From Cyanophora paradoxa CCMP329 (Eukaryota; Plantae; Glaucophyta): a stretch of DNA of 64,000 nt. The notes under the pieces are model-generated. The model was not told where the DNA came from. It made no database searches and saw only the letters and a program-made list of their open reading frames with translations. Of this stretch, positions 60,023 to 64,000 are shown one piece after another. The position numbers and the translations under genes are program-made. Within the stretch, counting starts at the first letter, position 1, and every line of letters begins with the position of its first letter. The DNA lies in contig QPMI01000402.1 in the NCBI GenBank assembly GCA_004431415.1, positions 62,001-126,000 on the forward strand, in the 5' to 3' direction.

Positions 60023-61080
60023 CTACCTTTTAGTTAATCCGCTTCTTAATTGATACCTTTTTCTAACAACTTTGCTGCGATTTGGTTTGATTCCCTCTTT
60101 TGCAACTTTTCGATTCACTGTGTTTGTTTTCTTTACAGCTTGAATCCTCATTTGCTGTGGAATTTTCATTATCTCATCTCGTTTCACTTTCTGTAACTCT
60201 TGTTGCTTAAAACGTCTCTTTAATTCCTCTGCATCATCTCCATTATCTTCAAGCACCTTGAATCGATTAGCATCTTTCCCAGCTACTTTGTAAATCTTCT
60301 GACTGAACCTGGGGCCTTCCTTTGAGAATGCACCTCTCTCCTCTAAAACTCTTACAGTATCTCCTGGTTTGATTTTATCGGGTTGATTCTCTTTAACATC
60401 CATGTTATGCTTGGTGGTTTTTAGGAAAATAAACATTTGCTTCTGTGGACTTGCAAACACTTGGTTTGGGGAATCATTGTTCAGTGATGAATGAGGCGAG
60501 TTATTGTAAGCCTTTAGCACATCTGGGATTAATTCGACCCACTTCGAAGTATTCCTCGAGACCATGAGTTTGTTCATGTATTGTTTGAAGGTTCGAGTGA
60601 ATCGATCGATTATCCCAAGTTTATTCCCAGCAGAAATGTGATCTTCTTTCGCAACATCTGTATACAATTCGACACCATTTTCACTGCACCAAGTTCGATA
60701 AACCGCACTGGAAAACTCATTATCCCCTGCCAATCCTACAACCTTACCTGCTTCGCCCTTGAATTTATTAAGTATTCCCGGAATCTCTTCGCTGGTCTTG
60801 AAAGCATACACAAATGCCTTTCTACTTAGAATGTCAATGAAACTAAGCGCTTTAATGTATCCATAATTTGCTGTCTTAAACTTTCTGAAAAACATGACAT
60901 CAACCTGAAATGAGTATGGCTGGGCAACTATTCTTAAAAACGTAGTCTTTTTCCTAGGCTTCTTGAAAATTTGATGCAGTTCGGAATTCTTATACTTGTT
61001 TCTCAGTTCCGCCTCATCAAATTCCTTCCCTTCACTAATGAGCTTCTGTTTGTATTTTTGTATGATAGAATATTCTCCAT
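60023..61080 (-). CDS. rve integrase (Maverick/PLV type) with a D-D-D-type triad
   Basis: FQVDVMFF / LAGDNEF / LGIIDRFTRTFK; YNNSPHSSL; PGDTVRV...FSKEGPRFS. Probable start in a TAATG overlap with the helicase stop (needs one extra G: ATG GGA GAA); the ORF-track start at 61255 is unlikely. Confidence 0.88.
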
Positions 61081-64000
61081 TACTGGGCTGAACAGTTACA
61101 CCTACAATGTGACAAGAAACAGTTTCGAGAAATGTGAGCGATAGCATTGTTCTCCCGATCAACAGTGGCTTCTTCGAAATCCATAATATCAAAGCACCTT
61201 CTGCATCGCCCCAATTGCTTCCCATACTGCTTTTTGAACCAGTCCCAATCAACATACTCTGCCAAGGAGAACTCCCGATTGGCTTGTTTGTCTTGGGATT
61301 TGTAGGAATCGATTTTCTGAGCTTGATCCTCCTTCGTTTTCACCATTGTGGCTGCCTCGGATTTATCAACGAAAATCACAGTATCCGAGAGATTCTGGGT
61401 TCGAGTTGCTGCAACATAGAACCACTCAGCAGTAACATATGGGGACCCAGTCTCGTGAATTACAACACGAGAATCCCTGATTGTGTCACCCTGAATGATG
61501 TGACAGGTGAAAGCATGGGTCAATGCGAAATACTTGATATCTTCGCTTTTTAGAGTATGCACTTCACCCGAATCAATGTCTTTGAGAGTGAGAATTTCCT
61601 TGGCTTTGTATTCGACCACTTCGTAAACAAAGCCCCGCTGAATGATGCCCTCACTTGTTGTCATTCGCACCTTTGCAATCAGCTCCACACCTGTCTTATA
61701 TACAGGATCCTCTCCATGAATCATTTTATGCATTTTGTTGTTCACCTCTGCACACTTGCGGTTTGAATTGCATACTGAGATATCACCCTTCTCCAATGTA
61801 TCAACTACTTTCAAGCCCAATCGTCTGGCAGCAATAGAAACTGGTAGTTCAGTCCTGAATAAGTCCTCCCATAACTGGTCTAATTTCTTCTGATCTGCAG
61901 CCAGTTTATGACGCTTTCCAACCTGCAGGTAAACCTCGTTCTTGAAAAGTCTATCGAAGATCTTGTTGTAGTAATCTCGTTGATTGACTGTTATGAATTG
62001 GATGGGTGGGTTCTGGTAGGGGTCGCCTGTTGCGATGTAGAGTTTGTCTGGGAACTGCACAGTCATCACATCGCACAGAGATTCCAATTCCCTAATCTCA
62101 AACTGGTAGATCTCATCAATAACAAAGCAATCGTACTTAGATAATTCCGAAACCTTCTTCCCAACATTTCCCTTCATTCTCTCATCATCAACATTCAAAT
62201 TCAAGGCTCGATAAATAGTCATCACCTCAGGAGCATCCTGCCCCACTCTGCTTTTAGTTCCATTCGCAAATCCTTGCATCTCTTATTAGTAGGCGCAACG
62301 AACAAGCATTTCTTACCATACTTCTTGGCCATTGCCTTTGCCAAAGTAGTCTTACCAGTTCCCGGTTTCACTCCTTTAATCAGCACATTACCTTGCCCAT
62401 CCAAAGCATTTACGATTGCTGGGAGGTCATACTCATCCTGGAACTTGTGAACCTTGTGAACAATCTTTTCAACATTGATGAAAGGTTTGGAACGAGTTTT
62501 GAGTCGATCAAATGTGATCATGTGGCTCTTTGGTTTTTTGGAAGTCCTCTTACTGTGGGTTATCGAGTTCATGTTTGCTGGCTTCACATCAAACTTTCCA
62601 GTGTTCTCGAATAGGTTTCGGTCAAACTGCTCGAATGGATATGGTCTATCGATTGTCAGCTCATCGGTCTTGATTGCAAGGACTCCCACTCCCTCAGAGA
62701 GCAATTTCTTGCATAGGCGATACATGATGCCTCGCATGGTGGAGTAAATCACGCACTGCATTGGCAGGAAACCATCAATGAAAGCCCGTTCTTGTTCTTC
62801 CTGGTTCACATACCAAATCATGGGCGATTTAATGTCCTTCTCATTCTTAACTGATGTGTGTGTTGGCTTCTCTTGATCGAAACTTATAAACTTCAGGGTC
62901 CCTCCATTCTCTTCAATGAAATTCAGAGCATCATTTTTATTGAAAAAGGTGTAGGTGGTTGCTTTTCGCTGGGACTTCTTACCAAATAGACCAATGTGAT
63001 GGTTGGCAATGTCTTTCTTCTCCTTGGTCGAAAGCTGACTTGCATACAACTGCTTGAAAGCCTGCAAGGTGACATTCTCGGCAATCCGATAAGGTCTTAG
63101 AACTGCCTCAATGCTGATGTCATCCTTAATATCCTCGTAAAACTCTTTCAAAACCTCACCATACATCAGGTTATACTTTGAATCGACGAGAATCCTCTTG
63201 TATTGATTCAAGGTATTCGCCTCACCATAATTTCTGAATGCTTTGAAGTGTTTGGCTTTCACTTTCACGGAATAGAACGAATTGTCTTCGATGTCCGAGC
63301 TGCAAGACACTTTGACTTTTTCGAATCTATCAAATGAACTGAAAACTGGAAACACCTTAAGCACTTTCGAAACGATGTGTGTGTATGCTTTGGAAATGTC
63401 GAGCTTGTGAGTATCAATGGATCCATAGGCAATGTTCTCTACCATTGTTCGGACCTCAGAGGCAGATCCAAAGAACCCAGTCAATGCACTCTGTTGCCCT
63501 TTAGTAAATGCTGCATATGTTTCTGGATTATATTTGCTCTTGTAGGGTTTGTTGATAAGCGCCCTATACATCATCTGACTCATCTCATCAAACAACTTGC
63601 GATGCGCATCATCTGCAAGGTTCACATCAATATTTTCCATATCCACCATGTTGCCTGGTGGAAGGATAATTACATCTTTATCCTCTATTGTGTAGTGAAT
63701 GTAGGTTATTGTTCCCTCATCAGTAATGGAAGTGTGAACCTCGTGATTAGCCTTTCGGAAGCTTCCCAACAACTCAAGTAGTGGCTTGTTGTATGTGATC
63801 TTAATTTTTCAGAACTACTATCTTTCTCTCTGGCAATGATCTTGATGATATCCTCCTCGCTGTAAGCAAAGAAGCTGTTATCGTTGAACTGTGTTTTGAT
63901 CTTGTATTTCATGGCTGCTGAACCCATACTCTTCTTGGTTTCACGGGCGCCAGTTCCATTGAAAGAACGAACCAGTTTACTGAGATCCTTATTTAATACA
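61080..64000 (-). CDS. Divergent family B polymerase domain fused to a superfamily 1 (RecD/Pif1-like) helicase and a C-terminal HNH-like Zn domain; N-terminus outside the window; two homopolymer frameshifts
   Basis: PolB-like LDISKAY, KDIANHHIGLFGK, AIKTDEL; helicase GVKPGTGKT, FVAPTN, VIDEIY, TGDPYQNPPI, AFTCHIIQGDT, FYVAATR; CRRC...TVDRENNAIAHISRNCFLSHCRCN. Frames join by adding one G at about 62243 and 63766. Confidence 0.88.

Larger units (their letters stand above)
59418..64000 (-). mobile_element. Polinton-like-virus/Tlr1/transpoviron-related element (PolB-SF1 helicase fusion and rve integrase); extends beyond the window
   Basis: Sharp junction starting AGCTGAGCTGTGAGC, terminal tandem repeats, AT-rich intronless ORFs. 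Confidence 0.8.

Noticed and set aside
10081-64000. The two integrase elements as the two ends of one giant composite transposon
   Set aside because: Their termini face inward, share no inverted repeat, and their integrases are only distantly similar; independent insertions are more parsimonious.

Overview
Eukaryotic sequence from a GC-rich, intron-dense protist or alga-like genome (short GTGCGC...CTGAC...CAG introns). It is dominated by mobile DNA and recent segmental duplication. From left to right: (1) 1-6.4 kb, four intronless genes (unknown, F-box-like, double Zn-ribbon, XPA-like) around two related GC-rich tandem arrays that are inverted across an AT-rich core. (2) 6.8-7.6 kb, a 6-exon histone H3 variant not recognisable from the ORF track, with a near-canonical tail but a CenH3-like fold. 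(3) About 10.1-20.5 kb, an AT-rich, CpG-poor, 5'-truncated Polinton/Adintovirus-like element: protein-primed PolB with a degenerate exonuclease, rve integrase, palindromic non-coding tail and terminal hairpin, interrupted by two head-to-tail non-autonomous Helitrons. (4) 20.5-36.2 kb, a 5'-truncated giant type-I membrane protein gene built of one-domain-per-exon repeats, with three further partial copies at 44-59 kb. (5) 36.9-42.9 kb, a young Gag-only LTR retroelement with triplicated PBS, three anti-PBS motifs, four central PPT copies and an embedded tRNA-like sequence. (6) Two copies of a TAA-TSD PIF/Harbinger-type TIR element carrying an unidentified spliced gene. (7) 59.4-64 kb, a second AT-rich element encoding a PolB-like/SF1 helicase/HNH fusion and an rve integrase. 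Many apparent frameshifts are single-base losses in G/C homopolymers, probably long-read errors. All family assignments come from motif recognition by eye; no searches were run.
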